From Octopus bimaculoides (taxonomy: Eukaryota), in NCBI RefSeq assembly GCF_001194135.2, contig NC_068998.1, forward strand, positions 26,868,048 through 26,932,047: a stretch of DNA of 64,000 bases, given 5' to 3'. Both the position numbers and the translations under genes were made by a program. Positions within the stretch are counted from its first letter, which is position 1; the number at the start of each line of letters is the position of its first letter. Under the pieces are notes generated by a model. That model searched no databases. It saw nothing but the letters and a program-made list of their open reading frames with translations, and had not been told where the DNA came from. Below, in pieces: positions 12,142-25,250 of this stretch.

Positions 12142-12655
12142 ACGTGATAGGATTGGAGTCTAAAATCGTGTAATTCCGCCTCTGTCTATACTTCTGTCTG
12201 TGATGCTCTGGCGACAGCTGTAAAAGCAGCATTGCTTACAATACCATTGCAAATAATTATGAGCTTTAGCGTTGTGGGAATTTTTTGTGTTGAAATACCA
12301 TATTTAGTGCGTACAAACAGCAACGAGGTAAATATAATTATTTTTTTTTAAAGATTCATTTAATTACAGATTTTTGATAGGGTGCCTTCAAAAAGCAAGA
12401 GTCACATTGGCGGAGAAACAAAAAATGCTTCCGTTTTGCGTTCCTTGTGGGCAAGCGAGTCAGAAGAACAATGTGTGCTTCGGCATGCTCGCAATGCTAC
12501 TTCTACTTCAACCGCCAGAGCATCACAGACAGCTCAACAAGCAGAACTCCGGCGTGCTCGCAATGCTGCTTTTACTGTTGTCGCCAGAGCATCACAGACA
12601 GAAGCATAGACAGAAGCGGAATTACACTATTTTAGACTCCAATCCTATCACGAAC
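12142..12655. mobile_element. Foldback element with ~95-bp inverted arms (12142-12236 / 12558-12655)
   Basis: gtgataggattggagtctaaaatcgtgtaattccgc...gcagcattgc is mirrored by gcaatgctgc...gcggaattacactattttagactccaatcctatcac. An internal direct repeat gctcgcaatgct...gccagagcatcacagacag occurs at ~12487 and ~12556. Confidence 0.75.
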
Positions 12656-13615
12656 TTACACCGTTCAATGGACGAGGGGCGTTTGCTAGTTCTTTGAATA
12701 TAGTTTGAAAGTTCTGCTTTCAAACTTTACTCAAGTGAGCGCTACATCATTTGTACAATGTGGAAAATACTCCATCAACACTGTTCAAGCAACGCCAACA
12801 TTAAATTCAGAAGTTATCCAAGGCTTGGCTTCCTTATCATACGCTCCCTACAAAATTTGAGCTCATATCGCATCACAAAATGGCGGCGTAACTTTCTTCC
12901 TCAACAGTTCCTAACTTATTCAACATTATCCCGAAAGAAATCAGAGAACAAGACTCACCATAGCTAAACTGTGCCTGGACAAATCCCTCCAAGAGATATC
13001 AGATAAACAGTTGACATCTGAAAATGTTTCAGCAAACAACTCCCTACTCCAGTAGTCTAAGATATCTTAGAATATAACTTAAAAGATTATTCCAATAATG
13101 GCTCAAATCTATCTATTCCTGTGTATACATATTATTTGCAGGGGAGGCACACTACTTGCTACTTGATCAATTACTATTTCCACTCACCTTTCAACAGTTG
13201 AAATGTGAAAATTTTTTTCCGCAGTTTCTCTTGGTGAATTCCTTACAGCAAAGAATTTCTAACTAACGGGTGGAAAGTACATAATGAGAGAGAGCACTGA
13301 ATATTTACATAACACCTTAAAGTTAGGTAATATTCATTCGGTTCCCCTTTTCAAACCCGTGTAGTACATAACTACCTATTCCATTCCTTCCATTCACAGA
13401 CTTAATAAGCAATCTTTGTAACTGCATACTGGAGTTGTTAGTATCGGAACTTCTGCCTTCTTTCGAAATGGGATCAAGTGAATTTGATGCGTTGATTAAT
13501 AAACATTGATTGATTATAATCTCTTCTTGCGCTATCTACAGCTGCTTTTACCACAATCATTTGGATCTCACTACTTTATCATATACATATATATATATAC
13601 ATATATATGTATATT

Positions 13616-13654
<39 letters not shown>

Positions 13655-13717
13655 GTGTGTGTCTGTGTGTGTGTGTGTGTATCGGAAGTAAACACAAACG
13701 CAAATGGCGTTTAAAAT

Positions 13718-13806
13718 TTACGAGAGCTGTTTCGGTAAAATTTCATTTATTCAATGCACCCAAAAAAGATGACGTCACAATATATAATCCACCATCATCA
13801 GACCGG
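13718..13806 (-). ncRNA. Degenerate hammerhead (left arm)
   Basis: CTGATGA T GGTGGATT...AATTTTACC GAAA CAGCT CTC GTAA. The triplet is CUC (G to C change) and the 5' strand of stem I is not complementary (truncated). Confidence 0.5.
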
Positions 13807-13997
13807 GACATAGCCATCGTCAGCTGAACTAGTGATGCGTCTAATGTTACATTCGAATAAATAGGAGAAGTAGAAACCATGGCTTAAAACAGGCAAATAA
13901 GAAACAAGGAGATCATAGAAATATACAATATAAATTCACTTATCTAAACTTGTTTATGGTTTAACAATGGCACCAAATAATATTAGATAATAATCTC

Positions 13998-14085
13998 TTA
14001 CCTGATGATGGTGAATTGTATATTATAATGTAATCTTTTATGACTGCATTAAATAAATAAAATTTTACCGAAACAGCTGTCCTAA
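13998..14085 (+). ncRNA. Hammerhead-like motif with long stem II (right arm)
   Basis: TTAC CTGATGA T GGTGAATT-(43 nt)-AATTTTACC GAAA CAGCT GTC CTAA. Palindromic stem III (ACAGCTGT) and GUC triplet. Stem I pairs fully if CTAA was GTAA, as in the other arm. Confidence 0.6.
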
Positions 14086-14321
14086 ATTTTAAACTCTATA
14101 TGTGTTTAGTATTTACACCTACGCCACAACCAAGACCCAGCCCTGAGTCGGGTCTACGGCTTAAACTGGATTTGGTACTTGCATATTTTTAGCATCCTGT
14201 CAACACTTGATGTTTTTAATGTTATTTATTTCTTTGTGTGGTCTGTGTTATCGTACCTAGCCATTTCTGGCGTCCTACGAGTTGATGTGCCTTGTTTCAT
14301 ATGAATCGTTAAACAAAATCT

Positions 14322-14492
<171 letters not shown>

Positions 14493-15558
14493 ATGTATAT
14501 ATATAGCAGAATTTAAGAATTAGTCCGACGATGGTTTAACTGGATAAAATTTAAAACAATGTCTGTATCAACACACGATTTCCCATCTTTTGCAAAACAA
14601 ATACATAAACATGTATATGTTCTCATTCTTCTTTCTTTTACTCCTCAATTGGTCTCAAATCATTGGACCGTGAGTATGCTGGGAGTAAGGACTGTCTTTG
14701 GCGCTTACACGGCCATATCGACACACCAATACGTAAACAGCAAACATGGTCCAAAACACATACAGATATATATATGTATGTGTGTGTGCGTGTGTTCGTA
14801 CGTATATATATATTATATATATGTATATGTATAATATTTGCATGTATTCATCCAAGTATGTGTATGTGTGTGTATCTATGTATGTATGCAAGTATGCATT
14901 TCTGTGAATGTGCGCCTGTCTTTTTTTTTTGCTTTTTTTGGTCTCTTGTTTTGGGGGAGTTTTGTGTTTTTGTTTTTTAATATGTGTCGCCTAGTTATCA
15001 GCTCAAATTATCGCATCACACTTCTTCAAAATAGAATAAAATGGAATTAAATAAAATAAAAAAATAAACGATATCAGTTTTCATCTTGTTCAGACACAAT
15101 CACAGAACAATATCTCTGAATATAAAAATCAAACGGAACATATTTTTTCAAACAATCGATACAATTTATCTGAAATTTGTCAAATCATTTGATCATAGCA
15201 TCAGAATTAAATAGCGGCAAAAAGTATCTCGTCGATAATATTGTGGTTCTTCTTACAAGAAAAATGGAAAGAGAAAACAAGATTTTTCTTTTTTTAAAGA
15301 TCATTTCAAATCATTTAAATTTTTTTTTTTAAATTACCATTTTCTTTTTTCATTTTCATCTTCTCTTTCAAAATTTCGTAATTGTTCTCGCAGAGTCACT
15401 GAATAGAGAAAAAATGTGAAAAAAAAAAAAAATGAAACTTCATAAAATACTTAATATCAGTGCACTGTGCATATATGTGTGTGTGATGTGTGTGTGTATA
15501 CACACATATCTATACATAAATATACATATACCTATACATACATACATACATACATACA

Positions 15559-15589
<31 letters not shown>

Positions 15590-15727
15590 GTGTTTGCGTA
15601 ATGGAAAGAAATGTATACAATTTCATTAATCATCTTTAAATGTATTTTTAAATATCTTCTCCCGCTGTTCACGTTTATTTCTAGCTTGTTCTCTCTTTTT
15701 TTCTCTATCTTTACTTCTTTATTTCTT

Positions 15728-15729
<2 letters not shown>

Positions 15730-15781
<52 letters not shown>

Positions 15782-15810
15782 TCTTCTTCTTCTTCTTCTT
15801 CTTCTTCTTC
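15730..15810. repeat. (CT)n followed by (CTT)n
   Basis: Read directly. Confidence 0.95.
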
Positions 15811-16859
15811 CTTTCACATACGCGCATGCAGAGACACACATTTAGTCTTTCTCTTACCCTTCCTCATTTTAAAAATCTAACACAACGTACGTCTGCCTCC
15901 CACAACCATCAGATCACTTACAATTATCGACAAAACATTCGTTATTTTCCTTCTAAAAACTATTTTCATACATAGACGTTATTATAATAGAACAGAAAGA
16001 CATCACATCCGTAGCGAGGAATTCTATTTCAGGTATAGACAACCATCATAGGAAAAACAGGTGAACGCTGTGATTATTTAGCAAAAAGAGAAGTCTGCAC
16101 TGTATCTAATAGTTGTAAATTAATACTCCAGTGTCAGGGTTGTTATTTACGCTCTGTTGATTCGTTTCCGTTCTTACTTCACGCAGAGAAAACAGAGATT
16201 TTTTTTCCATAATAAGAAACCAGCCAAGCGACTCGTTTCTACATCATAAAGTGCAGAGCCCAGAAATAAGACTCTATGTGGTCACCAGAAATAGCAACCA
16301 AATACCGCTCAAATCATAATTTACCATCTTTAAAAAATGAAGTACATATGAGCTCATTTAGTAGACTATGCATAAAAAATCATCGGGGTTGTTCAAGAAT
16401 ATATATTTGATCATATGTGTTGAATCAATGGAATTAGGACTAAAGACTAAAGATATAAGTAAATTGTATCCTTATAATGTTATTAATTATCTCGGTTTCT
16501 TCAGTCCTCTACTCTCACACTCACAGTTTTCATTCTTACTATTTCCTAGGTGCATGTGAATGTAAATATGGATATGTATATATATGCAAACATATGTATA
16601 TGTTATGAAAATGAATTTTCTTCGCAGATATCAAACCCATCAATAACAAATTGACTTGGCTTTTTTGTTTAAGTCTAAATATTTCCAGGGATAAGTGAAT
16701 ATGTGAGTGCATGTGTGCATATACGTAGGTGTACGCATATAATTGCACTCGTATAATAAGTACATATGTTCTTTTAGTACACGAGTGGATTTGGTCGACC
16801 AAAGAAGCACGTCTTGTGTGTCTGTGTGTATGTGTGTGTGTATGTGTCTGCGTGTGTAT

Positions 16860-16925
<66 letters not shown>

Positions 16926-16928
<3 letters not shown>

Positions 16929-19450
16929 CGGAACTTTTGTATTTATGTATGTATGTAAGTATGTATACGTGGAGATTCGTATGTCTTGTTTTATGTATGT
17001 ATTCTCATGCATATAGTTGCATATTTAGACATGCCCATACATACTTAAATGATAAACTTCTGAAAAATTTTACAGATTTTTACAGTTCCAGTGATGGATT
17101 GGATCTGTAGTCTTCGAATCAGCTTTCTCCTTTCTGGTTTTGAGAAACCTAATTTCTCAAAATTAGTATTTAGGCAGTGTGCTACATATCCCAGTGCCCC
17201 AATAATTACAGTATAAACCTGAACTTGTAATCTTTAATATGTATGTATTCCATAGCAAAGGTGTTGTTTATATTTAACCCCGGACTGTTTTTTCTGTGGA
17301 AGGTATAGCAAATTGTTTTAACAACATTGTCATGTTGCATTGGGAGGTAGTACCTCGATGGCGTTTTTTAACAGTTACTCATTAGATGAGTTGTGTCCTC
17401 CACAGAAGTGATACTATCTACACTTGCGGTTGCATCTTGGGGATTTGAGGGTTTTCCTGTTCCGTTTGTTCATGGGATGTTTAGTAGCTGTGTCCCGCTT
17501 TTGGACTGTGAAAGCATAACCTTTATAATGTGATGTAGCGGTCACGAGTCTAGTCAATATTGTTAATTTTTTCTACTTTACATGAAACTTATCTATACGT
17601 AAACTTTTTTGTGGCCTGTAGAGTTTTCCGGATTTTTCCTGAGATATGCGAGCTCTGCACATTTGTGTTCGTATGAGAGGTCATCAAGAAGTGAGTATTT
17701 CTTGAAGAGTTAACTGCCGGCCTCGTTGTTCAGTACTTGGTTGATGTATTTTTTTTTCTGCTATGCTTAGAAGGTGCTGTCTAAACGAGATCAAACAATA
17801 CTCGAAGGCTGGCTGCAATGATCTTAAACGTCTTCCTCTTTTTTTTTTATTTTCTGAGAGTGAATCGAGAAATATCGCTATTTCTGGAAAAAATTGCAGT
17901 CAATGCAGTCAATGTAGGGTTTTAATGTCATTGTAGCGGATTTCCTGTTTAGATCAGTCGAGTTTCCAAATGTTTGTATCAGAATAGTACTGCAAATGTA
18001 TTGTGGAATATTATCTTCTTGTAGGAGGAAAGCTCTAACAACCATACGTTTTGTAAGTCTTGAGTAATACTCTTTGGCTATTTAGTCTTCATTCTCTGTA
18101 CATTTATATGATATATTTCCATCAATAGCTAGGTATTTGTAGCATTCGTTATGTAGAGAGAATATTGACATAAAATTTTGAGGTTCTTCTATTTTCAGTT
18201 GTGTAATACGAATATTTTTTATCGAATTTCATCACTATATCAGCGGAAAATATAATTAAATCCAGATGATTTTTGACATTGTTAATATGTTGGGCAAAGA
18301 CCTTTACATCGTCCACGAAGAAGCTATGGGCATTATGTTTTGTTGCTGTAAGCCCTAAAGGAATTGCCAGAGGAATTCGTTGAGGAAATTACAGCTCAAT
18401 TAGATCATTTAAATTCAAAATAAGTAAAATTACAAATAGACTCTCACCTTGGAATATCCCTGTTAATAACATTAGTGACAATCGGTCTACTTCCCATGCG
18501 GACCAGATCTTCATGAGCCTTTCAATGACAGCAACTAAGGTAGGAGATAATCTTCACAGCTGTAATGACTTGCGTAGCCACAAGAAGAAAAGTCCCTGCG
18601 CCGTCTCGATATTTCAAACAGCACAGTTTTATTTACCAAAAACAGTTCGGTACACCCCTACACTCCTTTCTTTCCATTTACCTGCTCATCAAAGACTATA
18701 TCGAGATAGATGCAATGGTCTTGGAGAAAATGATTCATGCAGCTAGTGTTAGGCTAGGCTATAGGTCAATATTTCTTTCCTGAATTAGTGTCTCCGTTCT
18801 TAGCTACAAGGTTTGTTCGTGCAATAACAAGTTCCGTATGTCTATCAGGCCTTATACAGCTGCTTTTTCTTTTAATGTATGTAAGTGACTTTCTATAAAA
18901 TGTCAACGCCGTGTACTAGTAGCCAATTATGAGGTAGCTTTCAAGTGCCTTCTAATTCGGTAACTTCCCTCAGAATTAGTAAAATTTCGACATTGTTTGT
19001 GTAACTTTTACTGCTGATTTTATTTCAGTATTCTCAAGTCATTGTATTACCAATGTAGCATTCTGATTAAAGTCCTTACTTTCGTTCCAGATTTTAGCCT
19101 AAAATGATTTCAGCTCTTCTTGGCAATAGGGCCCTTTTGTATAACAACGGTTTTTCGTTCGTCATCTCTCTATATAGAACCTGGTTCACTGTAATACATT
19201 TTCAGTGGTGGAGTTTTCTCACCTGAGTCATGAATTTATATTCCAGAGTTATTCACACTATGTATGCATGTATCTTCCTTATTAGAGTTTATTTTGACAA
19301 GCGACCTGTTTAATGGCAAGGTAGAACAATTTTCAATTCAGATATAAGACTTTCATTAGAATTCAAGAGAAATAAAGTTGGTAGTCATGTTTTTTATCTG
19401 CATGTCATTCCGTGTGTGAATCCGTAGTCTGACTTCTAACTTGCTATTTC
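16926..19450 (-). mobile_element. Degenerate R4/Dong-like (RLE-clade) non-LTR retrotransposon
   Basis: Minus strand: TNLVAKNGDTNSGKKY*PIA (RT1-2), GIFQGESL (RT4), FFVDDVKVFA (RT5), CNRKCR...VEDTTHLMSNC (CCHC), HDNVVKTI, and C-terminus VIIGALGYVAHCLNTNFEKLGFSKPERRKLIRRLQIQSITGTVKICK ending near 17045. The PD-(D/E)xK core appears deleted. The 3' UTR abuts (CA)n. Confidence 0.75.
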
Positions 19451-19539
19451 CTCACAGTAATATATGATTTATAAAAGAATTTCCTTTGTTTCTTCTGAGC
19501 GAAAGGAAAAGAGCATTTGAAGCAATGGAGGAAAATAGC

Positions 19540-21345
19540 AATGAGAAAAACGTCATTCAAATCAATGACATAAAGTGCAATGACACTAAGAAGAATGATA
19601 CAGCTCTGAAGGAGGAATGTCATTTAAGGCAATAACCCCAGTAGTAATGACACTAATATCAGAAAGAGTAGTGACCCTCTCAACAATGAAGCTATAATCA
19701 ATGACATTTAGATAAATAACGTGTAATAACATACAACAGCAACAGAGTCATAAGACACAAAACAATGAGAATTACAAAACACATTTAAAATGAAGATATT
19801 AAAGTAACGACAGACTGATAGCACATTACAATAATGGCACTTACTGCAGTAGTAACACTTGTAAAGTAATGAAATGAGAACGGTACGTAGAAAATGTCAC
19901 AGAAAACAATGATACTTAGAAAAATTAAACTTAGATCAATGACATATAGACATAGACTAGCAGCGTATAGACCAGCAGCGTATAGACCAGCAGCGTATAG
20001 ACCAGCAGCGTATAGACCAGCAGCGTATAGACCAGCAGCGTATAGACCAGCAGCGTATAGACCATTGACGAATGGACCAATACAAACAGAATAATGGCAC
20101 ACGAACCAATGACGCATAGATCAGTAGCACTTAAACCAAAAACACTTAAATCAATGTACGTAGAACAATGATACCGTACAGCAATTAAGCTTGGAGCAAT
20201 CACAACCTTAACAGTGGGACAAAGAATTCTGGTACTTGGGGTAATGATACTTGAAGCAGTTATATTTAAGGTAAAATAGTGAACACTGAGGCATAGCTAA
20301 TTAACACATAAAGTAATTATACAAAGTGGACAAAGATAATGGTAAATGGTGCAATTATAATTAGATTAATGCACTTTAGGCTATGACATTTACAATGCAA
20401 CACTTAGAACAATAGCATTTGGTGTGATGACAGCTAGACCAATGACGTAGGAGTGGCACGTAGAACAATGACATTTAAAACAAAACCACATAGAGCAATG
20501 CCACTTTGGGCAGTCACACAACAGCGATATTTATGGTAATAACACAGAACAGTGTCTTTTATTGGGGTTAACTTGAGAAATTAATCACACCCCCAATGAC
20601 TCATTGGACGAACAAATACAACAATAAAGCTTAGTGACGCATAGAGCAACAACATAAAGAACAATAATATTTAAAGTAGTGATACTATGATTAACGCTGC
20701 ATAGCTCAATGACTGAACGAAGGCATTTAGATAGATAGTTTGCTCTTAAATTGGTAATACGTAGAGTACTGACAATGCAAAAAATCGATGGCATATAGAC
20801 AATAATAGGTGCAGCAATGTCATTAGAACAAAGTTCAAACAATGACACTTATAACATTAACACCGAGATCTATAGCATTTTAGAAAAGAGCACCTAAAGC
20901 AACCACAGCAATGAGGATAGCAATATTTACATCAAGGACAAATTATATCAATGAATTTTTCACCAGTACCTCTTCAATCAATGGCATATGGAGAAATGGT
21001 ATTTACAAAGATGAACCTGAGAGGCTGAAACTTAGAATAATGGCAGATGCTTGGAGCAGTAACACGGGAAATAATGACACTTTTATCGATGACATTTAGA
21101 TCTATGACACGGAGCAATTTCACAAAATGTAGATTATTAAAACTTAGAGCAATGAAATAGAGACAATTAACCAGCAGCCAATGTCACATAGAACCATGAC
21201 CTAATAGGTCAATGACTCTCAAGCCTGTGATACATAGACCATTGATACAACATGAGCCAATGTCATCTACCACAATGACACTCAGATGAATGAAAGGAGT
21301 GTCACAAATGGGAAACATTGACAAACAAAATACGGAGCAATGAAA
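19540..21345 (+). repeat. Ancient degenerate minisatellite built on a TAGANCAATGAC-like motif
   Basis: At least ten exact CAATGAC plus many one-mismatch variants, all on the same strand, over ~1.8 kb. Confidence 0.7.
19951..20064 (+). repeat. 15-bp tandem repeat (tatagaccagcagcg) x7 plus a partial unit
   Basis: Read directly; the first unit is diverged and the rest are identical. Confidence 0.95.
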
Positions 21346-21432
21346 CAGAAATAAAATATAAGTAAATAAAATTTAGATAGATAATACTGAAGGAAAAATT
21401 TCACTCGAATATAAGCCAGACGAATCTATATA

Positions 21433-21620
21433 TCTTTTTCTTTTATTTGTTTCAGTCATTAGTCGAATTAAGTCATTAGTCATTAGTCGAATTAATGAAT
21501 CCAATACCTCTTTTAAGCCTGGTACTTATTCTACAGATATATTTTGCTGAACTGCTAAGTTACAGGGAAGCATCCAAACCAACACCGGTTATCAAACGGT
21601 GGGTGGGGGACAAACACAGA
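21433..21620 (-). mobile_element. Bipartite SINE tail
   Basis: ttttatttgtttcagtcattag...aagcctggtacttattcta...gaactgctaagttacaggg...ggtgggggacaaacacag followed by (CA)n. Confidence 0.75.
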
Positions 21621-22799
21621 AGCAAAGAAAAATACACACACACACAAACACACACACAGACACGCAAATATATAATGTAAATAATATATATATATATATA
21701 NNNNNNNNNNNNNNNNNNNNNNNNNNNNNNNNNNNNNNNNNNNNNNNNNNNNNNNNNNNNNNNNNNNNNNNNNNNNNNNNNNNNNNNNNNNNNNNNNNNN
21801 NNNNNNNNNNNNNNNNNNNNNNNNNNNNNNNNNNNNNNNNNNNNNNNNNNNNNNNNNNNNNNNNNNNNNNNNNNNNNNNNNNNNNNNNNNNNNNNNNNNN
21901 NNNNNNNNNNNNNNNNNNNNNNNNNNNNNNNNNNNNNNNNNNNNNNNNNNNNNNNNNNNNNNNNNNNNNNNNNNNNNNNNNNNNNNNNNNNNNNNNNNNN
22001 NNNNNNNNNNNNNNTTATATATATATAATAGATTGTATATACAGTACATTTAAAAATGCTGATTTAGAAAATCATGTTTCCATTCGAAACGAATACAATA
22101 AGGAAAATTGTAAAAAGTGGTATTGTAAATTTAATATCAATAATTTTGTAATGGTTAAATTTAATCATAAAACCTATGAAATGAATTCAAACTATTAACA
22201 AGATGAAAACTCGCCATTTTTTATAACTCTGCAAAATCTGTATTATAGTAAATATTGAAGTTAAATTATATATATATAAGCTAAATATTTGATATTAATT
22301 TATATCTGTAGCAATAGGAATATTTAATCTAGCACACCCGATCGAGATTTAATATCAAGTCCAAGTAATCAGGCAAGAGGAGATAAGTGGTTTAGGTAAA
22401 TATTTCATTTTCTTTTATTGAAACGTAGAAGTTGTATAGATAAATCTGGATTAGGTTAATATTATTTCGATTGAAAGTAAAGGAAGTTAAATCAATAGAT
22501 CTTAAACCAAATTAAAAGTAATTATAAAATATTATGCTAAATTTATTGCTAAACTATAACATAATTGATAGCTAATTTTAGTTGAAATATTTTATGGTTC
22601 ATAACCTTTGTATAAGCAGTAACTGGTGTAATTAAACAAAATGTAAGTACAACTTTTGATGTGTAAGTATCTGGAGTTAATGAATACTAGAAACAAAAAT
22701 AATGTGATATATAAGAAAATGTTTTTAGTGGATAACGTACGTATAGATGTATAGATATATTTAAAAATTACTTGGGAAAGGATGCGTGGCGTTTGATCA

Positions 22800-23786
22800 T
22801 ATAATGATATAAATAATATATAAACATATGCATATATCCATACATATATGTAAATACCTACATCTATATGTATACATACATGCATATATGGGTACAGGGC
22901 ATCACAAAAACGTTAAACACAATGAGAAACGAAAACATAAAGGCGAAAACAGAAAACGAACTTTTTTCGAACAACGAAAAAAACAAACAGAGAAACGAGC
23001 TATGCAACATAAAGAGTATAACCCTTCGTCAGTTATCCCTGTTCCATCTACTCCGCGTTTCGAAGGCAAGGACAATACGTGACTTCGTTGGAACAGTCTT
23101 TCCCGCAAAGCAAATTAAATAAAATTTGGAATCTTTTGCGGAGGGTGAAAGTGTTAACAAGAACAGGACAGTGAGAACAAGACAGTAAAAACAGTAAGAA
23201 CAGGACAGTGAGAATAAGACAGTAAAACAAACAATGAGGGCTGTTAAGCCAAGACGATAGAAAAATTATTATGAACGCTAAGATAGACGTGCATGAGAGA
23301 AGAGACAGAAAAACTACGTCTTTTCTATAAGAAGGCAGTGAACAGAAAGAAAGATCCTCTTTCGTCACGTGTCAGCGATCAGAGGGTCAAGGAGGAAGAA
23401 TGAGAGAGAGAGGGGGGGAACGGTGAAAGGGAGAGAAGAATAGGGAAAGGGTGGGAGAGAAAAACAGAAAAGGTGAAGAACAAAGAGGGAGAGAGATAAC
23501 GAAGTCGCGTATTGTCCTTGCCTTCGAAACGCGGTGTAGATGGAACAGGGACAACTGACGAAGGGTTATACTCTTTATGTGGCATGTCTCGTTTCTCTGT
23601 TTGTTTTTTTCGTTGTTCGAAAAAAGTTCGTTTTCTATTTTCGTCTTTATGTTTTCGTTTCTCATTGTGTTAAACGTCTTTTGATGTCCTGTACCCATAT
23701 ATGCATGTGTGTATACATATAGATGTAGGTATGTATATATATGTATGGATATATGCATATGTTTATATATTATTTATATTATTATA
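22800..23786. mobile_element. ~990-bp foldback element with ~290-bp high-identity inverted arms (22800-23088 / 23498-23786)
   Basis: The arms align end to end (the six-frame ORFs 22868+ and 23387- translate to near-identical peptides). The spacer has a ~35-bp direct repeat. TA dinucleotides at both ends. Confidence 0.9.
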
Positions 23787-24518
23787 GGTATATATAAACC
23801 GCTATATTAAAACTAAACAACCTAAAATTCAATATGTTAATCCTTCTACGACGATTTTTGCGATTTTTTAAAAGAAAAACCATACAAACAATATAAACCA
23901 TCTAAAACCTGTAGATCATTCCAAAACATCTAATCTCCGAATTGTCCAGCGAAGAACATAAAACTTATAATTTAAAAAATTCTGTGTCTTATATATAATG
24001 ATTTCAATCTAAATAAATGTGTGTGAAATGTACTTGCCACTAAAATCAATTTTTAATTATTGTTAAATTATTAAATTAAATATACTCTTAGCATTATCGA
24101 ATTGAAGATATGTATTGGTTGAGAATATTAATACTGAAGTAAGATTCGAACAAAAGCCAGTTGCTGGAATGTAGCATAAACAGTTATTGATAGAAGAAAA
24201 GGTATCTTCAGAAAATATATTTATTGAGAGATGTGCGAAACTTCGAAGGGAGAATTTTAGGTTATTGGTTTTTAAAGATATACACAAGGATTATTCTACG
24301 AGGAAACTATGAAAACATAAAAAGTAGAAAAATTACCACGTTCAAAAATAGGTACAAATTAAATAGGTAGATATAAAAATAATATAATTTACTGCACAGG
24401 CGAACAGATGGTTATATATATTGGCATGTAATGATAAAAAATGCTTCATATTGATATTCAATATTTTATAGAAAAACTGGCTAGTGGTATATATATAATA
24501 CACATATGTATATTTATT

Positions 24519-24579
<61 letters not shown>

Positions 24580-24720
24580 TTACAAACCTAGAAAGCAGTT
24601 GTTTTTCATTTAGCTCAGTTTAGAAAATCTGGGGTTGCCAAAGCGTGCAACCACTTCTTCGGATGAGTCAGTCTGGACAATAAGAGACCTCATATCACTC
24701 ATGCCACATGCAATACATGT

Positions 24721-24758
<38 letters not shown>

Positions 24759-24959
24759 GTGTGTGTGTGTGTATGTATGTATATGTATGTATGTATATAT
24801 ATATATATGAGTGTGTGTGTGTGAATTTATGCATTTATCTATAGATAAATATCTATACACACACATACACGCACGCATAGAGTGCATCATCTATTGAGGG
24901 CAAAACATTTAAAGACTATAAATGGCACAAAGTTTAACTAAATATCTTTGTTTTTCAGT

Positions 24960-25250
24960 CCCAACATTGGAAGCTTCTAGTCCAAGGCAGACAATGGTAC
25001 GGCATACCGTTCTTGTCATCTTAGCCGCCAGCCACAGTGATTCTGAGATTGCAACCTGTTCAAATGTTATCAGGTCCTTCTTGCAAAAATGTCTTCTGTG
25101 ACCAAAAAGGACAAATCATTCTCGACGTTTTCAGGAAAGTCGAGTTTGCACAACATTATTAACAAGTATCCTAGCAAGTCACTCAGAGGCATTGTCAATC
25201 GTCTTCAGCATTGTCAATCAGCTCCATGTCTGGAGCGTCGTTTAGAATGA
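24960..25250 (+). pseudogene. Possible Tc1/mariner-family transposase N-terminal fragment
   Basis: RHTVLVILAASHSDSEIATCSNVIRSFLQK and IINKYPSKSLRGI resemble paired HTH segments of Tc1/maT-type transposases; short and degenerate. Confidence 0.35.

Larger units (their letters stand above)
13687..14110. mobile_element. Non-coding inverted-repeat element with HHR-like motifs in both ~115-bp arms, embedded in (TG)n arrays
   Basis: 13687-13802 is the reverse complement of 14001-14110. (TG)n tracts lie at 13625-13680 and 14322-14488; the element probably extends to ~14320. Confidence 0.7.

Noticed and set aside
19951-20064. CRISPR-like regular repeats
   Set aside because: The units are head-to-tail with no unique spacers, the context is eukaryotic, and there are no cas genes.
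19785-20203. ORFs with AAGLY / AYRPA / VYTLL repeats
   Set aside because: These are frames of a 15-bp tandem repeat with no stops; there is no other coding evidence.
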